Below, piece after piece: positions 1 through 9,770 of a DNA stretch of 64,000 bases; positions within the stretch are counted from its first letter, which is position 1; the number at the start of each line of letters is the position of its first letter. The stretch is from an uncultured virus (IMG/VR IMGVR_UViG_3300037422_000307). Taxonomy: Duplodnaviria > Heunggongvirae > Uroviricota > Caudoviricetes. Below the pieces are notes generated by a model. It was not told the DNA's origin and did no database searches. It saw only the letters and a program-made list of their open reading frames with translations. A program made the position numbers and the translations under genes. The stretch lies in IMG/VR virus record IMGVR_UViG_3300037422_000307, positions 1 through 64,000 of that record. One strand, 5' to 3'.

Positions 1-1976
1 AAAGCAAGGCGCGGGAAGACAAGGCTCCACCAGAGGATGCCGAGAAATCCGAGAAAGGCAAGGAGGATGACGTCGAGCGTGAACTCGACGAGGCACGCGA
101 TCGGGTCGATTCTCTGGAGGATAAGGTTGATAAGGCCAAGGACCAGATCAAGGAATCGCGCGAAAACATCAAGGGGATCAAGAATCTGCTAGAGAAGGCT
201 GGCGAGACGGCCCGAGGACAGCTCGAAGGAAAGCTGCGCGAGGAGGTCTCCAAGATGCGGAAGGCCGAGGACGCGCTGGAGGAAGTCACCGACGAATTGG
301 AGGCGGCGCGCAAGCGTGTCGATCAGCTCAAGGCGGAGCGTAAGGCTCCCACGAGCCGCGAAGACAAACGACGCGAGGATGAAGAGAAGCGCCGCAAGGA
401 ACGTGCCGAGGAGACTCTGGACGAGGTGCGCGATGCGGTGCGGGGGATGGTGTCGAAGGACTCCGACATCCCCGAGGACGTTCGGGCACAGATTGAGACC
501 GCCTTCGCCAACTTGAGCGAGGAGCAAGTAGAGGATTTTTCCGAGGCATTCCAGAAGTCGTTGGGGAAGCTCGTCAGAACGGACGCTTCGTCCGAGGAGG
601 CTGCGAACCTGGCCAACGCCTCGGTCCGCGCCGATCTGAGTGAGATTGAGGATCCCGCAGAGCTGGCACGCACAGTTGCCGAAGTCGCGTACGCACGCAA
701 CGTGGTGACCAATCCTCTCGTCGTGGGTGGGAAGCCGCTCGGACAGACGAAGATGGACGATGCTGGCTACTCCGGTCGTGCTATGGAATCGTTCCGTCAG
801 TTTCAGCGTCTCAGCCCTGCTCTCCGCGAGAGTGCGGCGGAAAAGATCGCGGAAGAGCTTCGCGGTCTCGACGAGGACTCCGATAAGGCACAAGAGCTAC
901 AGGCGATTCTCACAGGCATCAACACGGCTCATATCGCGGACACAGGCCACGCTTTGCCGGGTCGACCGCAGCCGAACAAAGGTGCCGCGGCTCTCATCCG
1001 TCGCATGGTGGAGAACGGTCAAGCCGAGACGATGTTCAAGCCGGTCGAGGACTTCTTCGCCGACGACAGCCGCGCCGCGATGCAAAAGGCGCTCTCGGAA
1101 ATGGACGACGCGGAGGTTGCTGACTTCGTGATCGGAGACGACGGGGATCACCCATTCGGTAAGCTCCGCGAGGCCATGCAGGAGAAGGGCGCCAGTGAGT
1201 ACAAGCAGCTCATCAAGGACTTCCTGATCCAAGATTTCATGAGTGACATCTGGGGTGATCGGGCCGTACGCGATTACATGGAGTCCGCTGGTTTCGCCGA
1301 CTTCGATAATCCGGAGGCCAGGGCGCAGTTGCTTCGGGACACGAGGTACGCAACTGCACCCGAGGCAGACATGCAGGCGATCGCCAGGGCGCAGGCGGCG
1401 ATCGCGGCCGGTCAGAAACCTGATCCAGAGGATGAGGAGCGTGCTCGAAATTTCCTCGATCCAGAGACGGGGGGCGGGATCCGTGGGAAACTCCGCAAGC
1501 TCATGGAGATCTTGCAATCCAAGGTCAAGAAGCGTGTTGTCACCCCCGCGACCGCGGTGATCAACCACTTCCTGGAGACGGGCGAGGCCGAGGTCCTCCA
1601 CCAGGAGACCCTTCCACATCCTGACGAGGGCCGGGGCGGGGACACGGAGGCCAAGGAAGACGAGGGACACGGGTTGGGCGACGTGTGGAAAACTGACGAG
1701 GGGAACTGGCGCGCCAAGAATCTCGACGGAGTGCCCAAGACTTTCGATACGCGAGAGAAGGCCCAAGCATACGCCAAGGGCGGCAAGGACCGCAGGAAGC
1801 CATCGCGCGGCAGCGAGGCCCCTGGCGAGGAATTCTCGGCCGAGTTCACCGTGCCCGTCGAAGAACGAGGACCGACGAGGTTTGCCAACCATGTCGCGAA
1901 CGCTTGGCTGGCCCAAGTGCGCAAATGCCACCCAGACGATCCGGGGCGTCCGCGAGTGGTTTTTGATACGGCTTGA
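1..1976 (+). CDS. Large acidic/coiled-coil hypothetical protein, 5'-truncated; possible internal head protein
   Basis: Frame of ORF 255..1976 stays open back to the window start; E/K/D-rich heptad-like N-terminal part; lies upstream of the head module. Confidence 0.7.
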   Translation, partial: SKAREDKAPPEDAEKSEKGKEDDVERELDEARDRVDSLEDKVDKAKDQIKESRENIKGIKNLLEKAGETARGQLEGKLREEVSKMRKAEDALEEVTDELEAARKRVDQLKAERKAPTSREDKRREDEEKRRKERAEETLDEVRDAVRGMVSKDSDIPEDVRAQIETAFANLSEEQVEDFSEAFQKSLGKLVRTDASSEEAANLANASVRADLSEIEDPAELARTVAEVAYARNVVTNPLVVGGKPLGQTKMDDAGYSGRAMESFRQFQRLSPALRESAAEKIAEELRGLDEDSDKAQELQAILTGINTAHIADTGHALPGRPQPNKGAAALIRRMVENGQAETMFKPVEDFFADDSRAAMQKALSEMDDAEVADFVIGDDGDHPFGKLREAMQEKGASEYKQLIKDFLIQDFMSDIWGDRAVRDYMESAGFADFDNPEARAQLLRDTRYATAPEADMQAIARAQAAIAAGQKPDPEDEERARNFLDPETGGGIRGKLRKLMEILQSKVKKRVVTPATAVINHFLETGEAEVLHQETLPHPDEGRGGDTEAKEDEGHGLGDVWKTDEGNWRAKNLDGVPKTFDTREKAQAYAKGGKDRRKPSRGSEAPGEEFSAEFTVPVEERGPTRFANHVANAWLAQVRKCHPDDPGRPRVVFDTA

Positions 1977-2201
1977 GGGAGGGCAAACGTCCCTCGCGAC
2001 GCTGTAAACCGATTTCTTGTCCTGTCTCGGGGGGTTTTCAATCCCTTCAAAGGCCGTCAGCGAGGAATCAGCACGCGGTTGCGGTAGGCCATCGATCCCA
2101 AAGGGGTGGTGAAGGTGGGTTTGTGTTCCTCGCGGAGGGCATTGAGATCTCGTGGGGATCTCGGGGGTGTTTTTCAGACCCGAAAACCCACGTTAGGTCG
2201 G

Positions 2202-2213
2202 TTTTCCCCTTAT
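2202..2213 (+). promoter_or_regulatory. Putative late-promoter motif (CGG)TTTT-CCCC-TTAT
   Basis: Intergenic; near-identical to copies at 33135, 25150 and 29798 upstream of other gene blocks. Confidence 0.5.
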
Positions 2214-2291
2214 ATGGGGCGCGAATAAGCGAAGGGCTCTGCCCTCCCGTCCCGAGGACGTTGAAGCCCGCCCGCCAGGAGAACCAATCCA

Positions 2292-2768
2292 ATGTCATCC
2301 AAACCGATCACGAAGGAAGCGGCCCTCAAGGTGTCCCGCCTCCTGGACCAAGCAGCCACCACGTTCCAGAAGCACCACGTTGCTCTCGGGATCAAGCCGA
2401 AGATCGCGAATGACTTCGCACTTCGGTGTGACATCCTCTCCGACCACGTGGAGAAGCAGGCGGGCATCGACCGTCGCGCGCAGATGGATCCCAAGGAAAA
2501 CTACACCGAGGATGCTCTGGGCCCGGATGACTTCGACCCAGCCGAGATCGGCGAGCAGACTCCCGGCGCGCTGCTGCGGAACGAGGACGAGCCCTACATG
2601 GACACGTTCAACCAGCAGTGGTTCGATCAGCTTCGCGAAGTTCAACAGACGGGTCAGTTCTCCAACGCGAAGACCGCCGCGCAGCTCATCAAGCACATGG
2701 CCGGCCTCCTCCACGCTCACGGCATCCCTCTCGTCGTCCGCAGGAAGAAGAGCCCGAAGGTCGCCTGA
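2292..2768 (+). CDS. Hypothetical protein, putative head-associated
   Basis: AGGAG RBS upstream; 158 aa; contains KQAG and KTAA motifs. Confidence 0.75.
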   Translation: MSSKPITKEAALKVSRLLDQAATTFQKHHVALGIKPKIANDFALRCDILSDHVEKQAGIDRRAQMDPKENYTEDALGPDDFDPAEIGEQTPGALLRNEDEPYMDTFNQQWFDQLREVQQTGQFSNAKTAAQLIKHMAGLLHAHGIPLVVRRKKSPKVA

Positions 2769-2825
2769 AGATCGCGACGGTCTGGACTTCCTGACCGTCG
2801 TCGTGACGCGCCGACGCGACTCGCT

Positions 2826-3455
2826 ATGAAACGTACAGCAGACGCAGGAAACTGGCAGGCCCGCGGACAAGAGTTCGCGGTGGGGCAAGCTGTGCGTCTC
2901 GTCAATGGCAGCCCAACCGACGAGGGTCGCGTCACCGCTGTCTGGCCTGGAATCGGATGCGTCGATGTGCAGTGGCCACACACGTCGTATCGCCACTTGG
3001 TTGAGGATCTCCAGATTGTCAACCCGGGCGAGGACGAGTTCGTCGCGCCCATGCACGAGGACGTGCCGGGAGGGCCCCCGTCCTCGGCGTGGGTCTCGCA
3101 AGGGGCCCCTCAGACGAACGAGATCACGCACGAGGACCCACGAGTCGAGTTCGTCCACGACATCGCGGGCAAAGTGGCATCTCAACCGTCTGCGCAGCGG
3201 GTGGCGATCGCGTTCGTGAAGCATTCTCTTTACTGGCACGCTCGGGACCGGAAGTACCGCGTCAGCCGGGACGAACACGCAGAGGGCCGGTATAGATGCC
3301 CCACCCGTGGGTGCGAACAGATGTTGCGCCGTGCAACCTACAAGATGGAGAACGGATCTCCGATCAAGCTGCTCGCCTGCGGCTCGTGCTTGTTCATGAT
3401 CCGCGAGCATGACGTACTCTCTGACCACTGCACTCCACATGAGGAGACCTGCTAG
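2826..3455 (+). CDS. Hypothetical protein with SH3-like N-terminus and C-terminal zinc ribbon
   Basis: FAVGQAVR..GRVTAVWP..VDVQW beta-rich start; CPTRGC...CGSC at C-terminus. Confidence 0.7.
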   Translation: MKRTADAGNWQARGQEFAVGQAVRLVNGSPTDEGRVTAVWPGIGCVDVQWPHTSYRHLVEDLQIVNPGEDEFVAPMHEDVPGGPPSSAWVSQGAPQTNEITHEDPRVEFVHDIAGKVASQPSAQRVAIAFVKHSLYWHARDRKYRVSRDEHAEGRYRCPTRGCEQMLRRATYKMENGSPIKLLACGSCLFMIREHDVLSDHCTPHEETC

Positions 3456-3456
3456 C

Positions 3457-6435
3457 GTGGCGTTCCTCAAGCGAGCCAGCGGGGTCGTCGTTCATCGGGG
3501 GTGGTCTCCAGAGAACTGGGGCAACTTCGTCGGCCAGAACAAGGAGCGACTCGCGAATGGGCCGTACCGAACGGCCGCCGGGGCGCTGAACTTGGTCGCG
3601 CAGGCGAGCGAGATCCTCGGCGAAGAGTTCGATCCGAAGAACTTCCTCCTGACGCACGCGACGATCGTGGCCTCGGTCGACACGGAGGAGGCCGGGAACG
3701 TCAAGCTCGGGTCCGTCGTCGAGGACGGACGCAAGATCCTGCGCAAGTTTGGCGACTACAGGATCACGCCCGACACCGAGCAGTGGATCAACAACAACCA
3801 CGACAGCTGGTCTCGCGGGGTCCTGCTCAAGAGCTACCGGACGTTCGTCGGTGCCCACAACTTCCTCGAGCACTGCCAGCTCGAGCACCTGTCGAAGGGT
3901 CGAATCGTCGACGCCGTCGCCCGCGACATCGGACCGTCGATCTACGTCGACATCCTCGTCGCCACCAACCGCAAGCACGCGAGCCTCATCCAGGACATCG
4001 AGAACGGCCGGATGGGCACGCTGTCCATGGGGTGCACTTGCGTGCACACGACCTGCACGAAGTGCGGGAACGTGGGCCATGATGAGACTGAGCTTTGCTT
4101 CCCTCCCGGCACTCGTGTACTGCTTGCCGAAGGCAAGTACCGTCCCATTGAGGAGATCGTCGAAGGCGATTTCGTGCTCTCTCACACGGGTAGGCGTCGT
4201 GCTGTTGTTAGGACCATGCGCCGTGAGTACGAGGGCAACTTGGTGGTCCTCGACGTAGAGGGCGTTCCGGTCTCGGTGAAGGCAACGCCCAAGCATCCGT
4301 TTTGGACGCTGCGACCAGCACAGATCTGTGCTTGCGGCTGCGGTCAACCCCTTCGACGGACCGTCGAGCACGAACGGGGATCCGCCAAGGCATTCAAGCG
4401 TCGATTTTTGCCACACCATGCCGGCTCTCTACACAACGTAGTATCGATGGACGCGTACCAGCGCATCTTCGATACCGAGATGGAGTTCGTCGAGGCACAG
4501 GATCTCCGTCGAGGAGATTACTTGGCCTTCCCGATTCCGCGCGACGTCGAGAACAGCGCGGATGCCACAGTCAACCGGGCTCGTTTGATCGGGTTCTTTC
4601 TGGCCGAAGGCAGTTTCATTAAGCGAGACGGCAGGAGGGTCGGCATCGCCTTTTCGTTTGGGTACCACGAGTACGACACCCTTGCGGCCGAGGTCCAGAG
4701 GCTTCTGAACCTTGAGTTTGGACGAGACGAGCGTCGGCAAGATTGTCTTGACTGGCAGGATTTGGTTGCTCGCAATCACACGCGGGCAATCAAAAGGCGC
4801 GCCAACAGCCGCGCCGTCCCTCCAGAGGTGACGTGTCCGACATGTGCTGCGCCCTCGCAGTACGCCTACAATGCCCGTTTCAAGGCGGGGCACGACGACT
4901 GTTATCAGTGCAAGGTATGTGGGCGCTCGTGGATCCACCAAGCGGACAGATCCCTTCACGCCACACGATACAAGTGTCCGATTGACAGACCTGAGACTGG
5001 GTCCGTCGAAGTCCGGCTCATGGACGAAGAGGCGGCGGATTTTTTCTACAGCTACTGCGGCGAATACGCGAACGAGAAGGCGCTGGATCCATCGGTCCTG
5101 CGTTGGGCTCCTGATGTCCAGAGACACGTTTTGTTCGGGTGGCTCGGAGGAGATGGGACCCAGAGTGTGGTTGGTATCCGAGGCAACACGGCTTCCTTCC
5201 ATCTCCAGAATCAGATGCACATTCTCGCCGCGCGGTGCGGTCTGTATGCCTACAGAACGGTCGTGTTCGACGGGAGATCAGGGACCATCGATCAAGTGGT
5301 GAACGGTGACGGCTCTGTCACGGCGCGAGATTGCAGAGGCTGGCTTCCGAGCTTTGGTCTCGTGCTATCTGAGCCGAAGGGGTTCAATGGCGAGGTCCGG
5401 TTTTCCGATCGGGAGCCGCGGACCACCCTCACCGAGATGACAGATAGTTACAAGCGCGTTGGGGACTGGTTCGTCTATCGGATCCGAGATGTTGGCCGCG
5501 AGTCGTACTGCGGAACGGTCCACAATCTGGAAATCTCTGAAGACAACTCCTACGTGGTGGACGGCCTAGCTGTTCACAACTGTAATCATGTGCGCTACGA
5601 GAAGGGCAACGCGTTCTACGACCAGAACGGAGTCCGCAGGAAGGTCGCCGAGCTGTGTGGCCACGCCAGCGAGGACCCGACCGGCGGGGTGAACTTCATC
5701 GAGGCGAGCTGGGTCGCCGTGCCGGCCTTCGCCGGCGCCGTGATGCGGAACATCTTGCAGCCGGAGGCCGTGAACGTCGCCACGAACGAGCAGGTGCGTA
5801 AGGTTCTTGCGTCACCGCCCCCCGAGTGGACTGATACTGATGACCACATACAGAAGGCAGCTTCAACGGAAGTTGCCAAAGTGGTGACTCCAGCGCGGCA
5901 GCCGAGGACCCAGGTCCACGTTGCTCAGTTCGGTCCGTCCGAGGATGAAAGCAGCGACGACGCTGCGACCGAGAGTACCGACTCTCTTACCGCGTTGGAG
6001 GACGAGATCGAGAAGTATCTTCTCGACAAGGTCAAGAAGCGCATCAAGGACAAGCTGAAGGCCGACGTCCAGGAGGAGGCGGCCTCTGAGGGTGAGCTGG
6101 CGACGTCTACGGGAGACTCCGTGGTCCACCAAGCCGCTCTTCGCATGGCGTTCGGCACGGACACGCTCCTGCGAATTGCTGGTTCTGACGTCGAGCTGGT
6201 CGACGGGCTCGCACGTCTCGCCGCCTCGCTCGGCATCAAAGTTTCGAGGGATCTCTATCGCACAGCACTCCGAGTGGGGCCCGCTCGGAGCCAGGAGTCC
6301 CTCGATGGGTACCTCTCCCGTTGTGGAGAAGTACTCGGTCGTCATCCGACGACAGGAGAAGCCAAGACCCTTGTACGTCTTGGGCGGATCCTTTCGATGC
6401 GGGCCCGCCGCTCCTCCGCACGGGGCGGAGATTGA
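3457..6435 (+). CDS. Putative prohead (capsid maturation) protease containing an intein
   Basis: GTG at 3457 after GAGGAG; exteins carry FLEH, TLSMG and FIEASWVAVPA, resembling HK97-type prohead protease motifs; located just before scaffold and capsid genes. Confidence 0.7.
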   Translation: MAFLKRASGVVVHRGWSPENWGNFVGQNKERLANGPYRTAAGALNLVAQASEILGEEFDPKNFLLTHATIVASVDTEEAGNVKLGSVVEDGRKILRKFGDYRITPDTEQWINNNHDSWSRGVLLKSYRTFVGAHNFLEHCQLEHLSKGRIVDAVARDIGPSIYVDILVATNRKHASLIQDIENGRMGTLSMGCTCVHTTCTKCGNVGHDETELCFPPGTRVLLAEGKYRPIEEIVEGDFVLSHTGRRRAVVRTMRREYEGNLVVLDVEGVPVSVKATPKHPFWTLRPAQICACGCGQPLRRTVEHERGSAKAFKRRFLPHHAGSLHNVVSMDAYQRIFDTEMEFVEAQDLRRGDYLAFPIPRDVENSADATVNRARLIGFFLAEGSFIKRDGRRVGIAFSFGYHEYDTLAAEVQRLLNLEFGRDERRQDCLDWQDLVARNHTRAIKRRANSRAVPPEVTCPTCAAPSQYAYNARFKAGHDDCYQCKVCGRSWIHQADRSLHATRYKCPIDRPETGSVEVRLMDEEAADFFYSYCGEYANEKALDPSVLRWAPDVQRHVLFGWLGGDGTQSVVGIRGNTASFHLQNQMHILAARCGLYAYRTVVFDGRSGTIDQVVNGDGSVTARDCRGWLPSFGLVLSEPKGFNGEVRFSDREPRTTLTEMTDSYKRVGDWFVYRIRDVGRESYCGTVHNLEISEDNSYVVDGLAVHNCNHVRYEKGNAFYDQNGVRRKVAELCGHASEDPTGGVNFIEASWVAVPAFAGAVMRNILQPEAVNVATNEQVRKVLASPPPEWTDTDDHIQKAASTEVAKVVTPARQPRTQVHVAQFGPSEDESSDDAATESTDSLTALEDEIEKYLLDKVKKRIKDKLKADVQEEAASEGELATSTGDSVVHQAALRMAFGTDTLLRIAGSDVELVDGLARLAASLGIKVSRDLYRTALRVGPARSQESLDGYLSRCGEVLGRHPTTGEAKTLVRLGRILSMRARRSSARGGD
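4096..5580 (+). mobile_element. Intein (495 aa) with LAGLIDADG homing endonuclease
   Basis: Block A CFPPGTRVLL; block B ATPKHPF; LAGLIDADG-like IGFFLAEGS and FGWLGGDG; ends VHNLEISEDNSYVVDGLAVHN followed by Cys+1. Confidence 0.93.
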
Positions 6436-6482
6436 ACGGAATACCCACCCAAGCACGTCAAGGACTCAAAGGAGAACTCATC

Positions 6483-7916
6483 ATGTCGTCACGCACGCGA
6501 CTCACCTGGACCAAGGGAGGCACACAGAAGAAGGCTTCGCCCCCACCGCAAATGCCCGCTGTCGATCGTACGGAGGGGCCCGATCATCCGGCCTATTACC
6601 CCGATCCCGAGGCGGACCAGTACGAGAAGGGGGACACCTCTGCATGGGCCGAGGACCCGCACATTCCGACGGACCCTGAAAGTCCGCCGCCCGCGATGCC
6701 CGGCAACCTCACCACCGAGCCGTTGGATCACCCGGCGACATCGGATTTTCAGAAGAAGCCTGAGAGTCCCGCGGCCGCGGCCGGTGGCGGGGCGGGCAAG
6801 GCTGCTGCCTCGCGGATGACCCTCAGAGAACAGGCTGAGCAACGTGCCACGCTGTGTGTCCGCATCGCCAGCGCTATGCTGAAGAACGCCTCCGTGCGCG
6901 AGATCGAGGACAAGGCATTCCAGCTGATGGATCTCGATGACGCGCAACTCCGCGCGACCCTCGCCACACTCAAGTTGGTCGCTGGCGAGGAAGGAGACAA
7001 GGAATTCGAGGAGGGCGAGGAGTCCGAAGGCACCAAGGACTCCGACGAAGGCAAGACGGCCACCCTCGATGTCACCGCTCGTGTCGATCGACTGGAGCAG
7101 TCGGTCGGTCGTCTCATCCAGGCCATGAGCCACTTCTTTGGCATGGATGACGAGCCCCAGGAGACAACAGCGGGAGAGGACATGAGCGACGACGACCTCA
7201 TGGCCTACCTCATGGCCGAGGACACGGACGGCGACGGCATCGACCAGTCACAGAACGACTTCCCGCAAGGCTACGACATCGACAAGCTCTCCCAGGGCGA
7301 CGAGGAGGAGATGCTCCGCGCCATGCTCGAGGAGATGGAAGTCGAGGAAAAGATGGCGAGTCACGCCGAAGATGTCGTCGATCCCCTCGCCAAGGGCCCC
7401 TCCATCCAGAGCGGTGAGGGCGGCAATGTCGATCCCGCGCCGGAACCCGAGACCCCGCAGGTCGCGGGTCCGCAGACGGGCGGCACCGCCGTCACGGCCA
7501 CCGAACAGGCCAACCCCGCCGACAACGACATCGAGATCACCGCAGGCGCCGATCCGATGGGTCTCATGGAGACCGAGAAGGAAGCCAGCGACGATCTGAT
7601 GGCCCTCTACGCCGACATCGATCTGCCCAAGACGGCCGGTGAAGAAGACGAGGAGGAAGACGAGGAGGAAGACGAGGAGGAGGAAGAAGACGAGGAGGAA
7701 GTCGAGGAGGAGGACAAGGCGGCCGCGAAGAAGAATGCGGCAGCGAAAAAGGACGAGCCCAAGCTGCGTCCGCAGCCCAAGGCTGCCTCCAAGGGCCCCA
7801 AGACCCTCGGCAACGTCCCGCAGACCAAGACTGCCAGCAGCGAGATCGCGGAACTCCAGAAGCTCTGGGAAACCGCACCCGACGTCTCCGAGTACTTCGG
7901 AGTTCCACGGAGCTGA
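6483..7916 (+). CDS. Acidic capsid scaffolding-like protein
   Basis: AAAGGAG RBS before ATG 6483; very D/E-rich and low-complexity; lies between protease and capsid genes. Confidence 0.65.
   Translation: MSSRTRLTWTKGGTQKKASPPPQMPAVDRTEGPDHPAYYPDPEADQYEKGDTSAWAEDPHIPTDPESPPPAMPGNLTTEPLDHPATSDFQKKPESPAAAAGGGAGKAAASRMTLREQAEQRATLCVRIASAMLKNASVREIEDKAFQLMDLDDAQLRATLATLKLVAGEEGDKEFEEGEESEGTKDSDEGKTATLDVTARVDRLEQSVGRLIQAMSHFFGMDDEPQETTAGEDMSDDDLMAYLMAEDTDGDGIDQSQNDFPQGYDIDKLSQGDEEEMLRAMLEEMEVEEKMASHAEDVVDPLAKGPSIQSGEGGNVDPAPEPETPQVAGPQTGGTAVTATEQANPADNDIEITAGADPMGLMETEKEASDDLMALYADIDLPKTAGEEDEEEDEEEDEEEEEDEEEVEEEDKAAAKKNAAAKKDEPKLRPQPKAASKGPKTLGNVPQTKTASSEIAELQKLWETAPDVSEYFGVPRS
7641..7715 (+). 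repeat. GAAGACGAGGAG-type tandem repeat encoding a poly-E/D tract
   Basis: 12-nt unit repeated within the scaffold gene (EEDEEEDEEEDEEEEEDEEE). Confidence 0.8.
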
Positions 7917-7930
7917 ACCACTCTCCTCCA

Positions 7931-7971
7931 GGAGAGCGCGGACTTTAGTTCGTCTATAGCTCGCGCTCTCC
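7931..7971 (+). promoter_or_regulatory. Inverted repeat GGAGAGCGCG/CGCGCTCTCC enclosing promoter-like motif TAGT-TCGT-CTAT
   Basis: 10-bp perfect arms at 7931-7940 and 7962-7971; motif at 7946-7957; upstream of decoration and capsid genes. Confidence 0.5.
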
Positions 7972-8103
7972 TCGGTAAAACGTAAATACCAGGGAACATA
8001 GATGTGACCCAAGGGATCGGAAGCGGAAACCGAACAGAGTTCACGGTGAACTCGACCGCCCCGATCACCACCTCACGAAGTCTGTAAACAAGGAGCAAAC
8101 GAC

Positions 8104-8769
8104 ATGCCGTTGCTTGGACAGGCGAGTGGTGGGTGGACGGAGTCAAGCGCAGCCCTGCGTATTCTCAACGTGGGGATCAGGAACGCCGTCGGCGTTCTCA
8201 CTGCGGATGGCTTCACCCAAACCAACCCGCCGATCGTCACCACCGCAGGCACGATTTCCACGCAGGTCAACACCGGGGTTCTCGGTGTTCTGAGCGGAAG
8301 CGTCGCTTTCACCCGACCCGACCAGGGGTCGAACTTCATCGGAGGTCCGGTCGAACCGGGTGCCCCCGACAACATCCTCGTGCGTCCGCTCGGCGTGTTC
8401 GTGAACACGGCGGTCGGCAACGCGTTCGAGAACCAGCCGGGACCTGCCTCGGGCAAGAACACCTACGTCAGCGCACAGGGGACCTACGGGAACCAACTGT
8501 TCGAGACGCAGGCGCTCGCGGCCTCAGGCGCTATCGCAGCCGGCGATGACCTGATCTACACCACTGGCCAGGAGTTGATCGCGTCCCGCAACGGGTACCT
8601 GATCATGCGTACCACCACGCAGACCGGTGTGGCGATCTCGCTCGACATCGCCGCCATCGCAGCAGACGTCGCCAACGGGGCGGTTGCTGGAACATCAACC
8701 CTCATCGGCATCCTGAAGATGCCCCCGGACTCGGAGCAGTTCGAGCTGGTCTACGACCAGCGCATCTGA
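8104..8769 (+). CDS. Putative capsid decoration/cement protein
   Basis: AAGGAG RBS; G/A/T/V-rich, 221 aa, RPLGVF...LIGIL pattern; directly upstream of the major capsid gene. Confidence 0.6.
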   Translation: MPLLGQASGGWTESSAALRILNVGIRNAVGVLTADGFTQTNPPIVTTAGTISTQVNTGVLGVLSGSVAFTRPDQGSNFIGGPVEPGAPDNILVRPLGVFVNTAVGNAFENQPGPASGKNTYVSAQGTYGNQLFETQALAASGAIAAGDDLIYTTGQELIASRNGYLIMRTTTQTGVAISLDIAAIAADVANGAVAGTSTLIGILKMPPDSEQFELVYDQRI

Positions 8770-8794
8770 TCCAATCAGAAAGGGAGCAAAGACG

Positions 8795-9673
8795 ATGTCG
8801 AACGGAATCTCCAACGAGGTCAAGCAAAAGCTGATCAGCGAGTACATCAAGACCCCAGCCGGTCGTGCCAAGCTCGCTGCCAGCCTCACCCAGCCTCTCC
8901 GCCTGCGGAGAGACTACACATCGGTCGGCCGCAAGACCTTCCTGGTCGAGCAGCTGCCGGACGGCGCCCTCCCCATCTACGACAAGGACCCGGATGTCAC
9001 CGCGTTCATCGTCGGCGAGGAAGGGCAGAACATCGTGGCGGTCACCAAGCCGCGCCGCGTCATCTTCCCGCTGTTCGAGATCGCCTCGAACCCGGAGATC
9101 CCGCTCACCCAGATCAAGGAGCGCCGTTTCGACCTCATCGAGCGCGCCCAGGACCTGGCCCGAGCGCAGATCCAGGCGGCGGAGGATGAGCGCGTTTTCG
9201 CGGTCCTCGATGCCATCGCAACCAACGGCTTCGACTCCGTCCCGGGCGGGACCAACCCCGACATCCCCGTGGTGGCGCCGATCTCGGGAGCGGTGCTCGC
9301 GGATGCCTTCGCCCTGATCGAGCGGCATGATCTCCGGGTCGCACGCGTCTACATGAACGCGCGCGATTACGCGGACATCCGCAAGTTCGGGCGAGACATC
9401 CTCGACATCGAGAGCCAGGCCACGTTGCTCAAGACCGGCCTCCAGGCGACCCTCTGGGGCGCCCAGGTCATCACGAGCCGCATCGTGCCGGCGGGCACGG
9501 TGTACGTGTGCTGCGAGCCTGAGATGTTCGGTCGCATTCCGGTGCGTACCGAACTCACCGTGCTCTCGGCGGACGACCCGAAGGCGCGAACCATCGGGTT
9601 CTCGGTGTTCGAGAATCTCGGCATCGGGGCCTACAACCCGCGTGGTCTGACACGGCTCACCGTCACCCGCTAG
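8795..9673 (+). CDS. Major capsid protein (HK97/encapsulin-like fold)
   Basis: 292 aa; strong codon bias; spine-helix-like DLIERAQDLARAQIQAAEDERVF; VYMNARDYADIRK, LWGAQVITS and C-terminal GIGAYNPRG patterns; followed by a terminator. Confidence 0.8.
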   Translation: MSNGISNEVKQKLISEYIKTPAGRAKLAASLTQPLRLRRDYTSVGRKTFLVEQLPDGALPIYDKDPDVTAFIVGEEGQNIVAVTKPRRVIFPLFEIASNPEIPLTQIKERRFDLIERAQDLARAQIQAAEDERVFAVLDAIATNGFDSVPGGTNPDIPVVAPISGAVLADAFALIERHDLRVARVYMNARDYADIRKFGRDILDIESQATLLKTGLQATLWGAQVITSRIVPAGTVYVCCEPEMFGRIPVRTELTVLSADDPKARTIGFSVFENLGIGAYNPRGLTRLTVTR

Positions 9674-9687
9674 TCTGCGGGAGACGT

Positions 9688-9727
9688 GAAGAGGCTCGCT
9701 CCATCCGGGGCGAGCCTCTTCTTGATT
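9688..9727 (+). terminator. Intrinsic terminator-like hairpin after the capsid gene
   Basis: GAAGAGGCTCGC (9688-9699) pairs with GCGAGCCTCTTC (9710-9721), followed by TTGATT. Confidence 0.75.
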
Positions 9728-9770
9728 CCGAGAGTTTTCGTGTGCTTAGACTTTCGGGTACTGTGGCGGC

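Noticed and set aside
1977..2290. Possible ncRNA or tRNA in the 300-nt intergenic gap (imperfect TCTCGGGGG..TTTTCA repeat at about 2025 and 2159)
   Set aside because: No cloverleaf or recognisable RNA family by eye; evidence too weak without covariance analysis
7641..7715. Short tandem repeats as a CRISPR array or contingency locus
   Set aside because: In-frame coding repeat for an acidic tract; no spacers; no CRISPR array or cas gene seen in the window
8795..9673. Cellular encapsulin nanocompartment operon
   Set aside because: Context (protease, scaffold, decoration, fibres, neck genes, homing endonucleases) indicates a phage capsid
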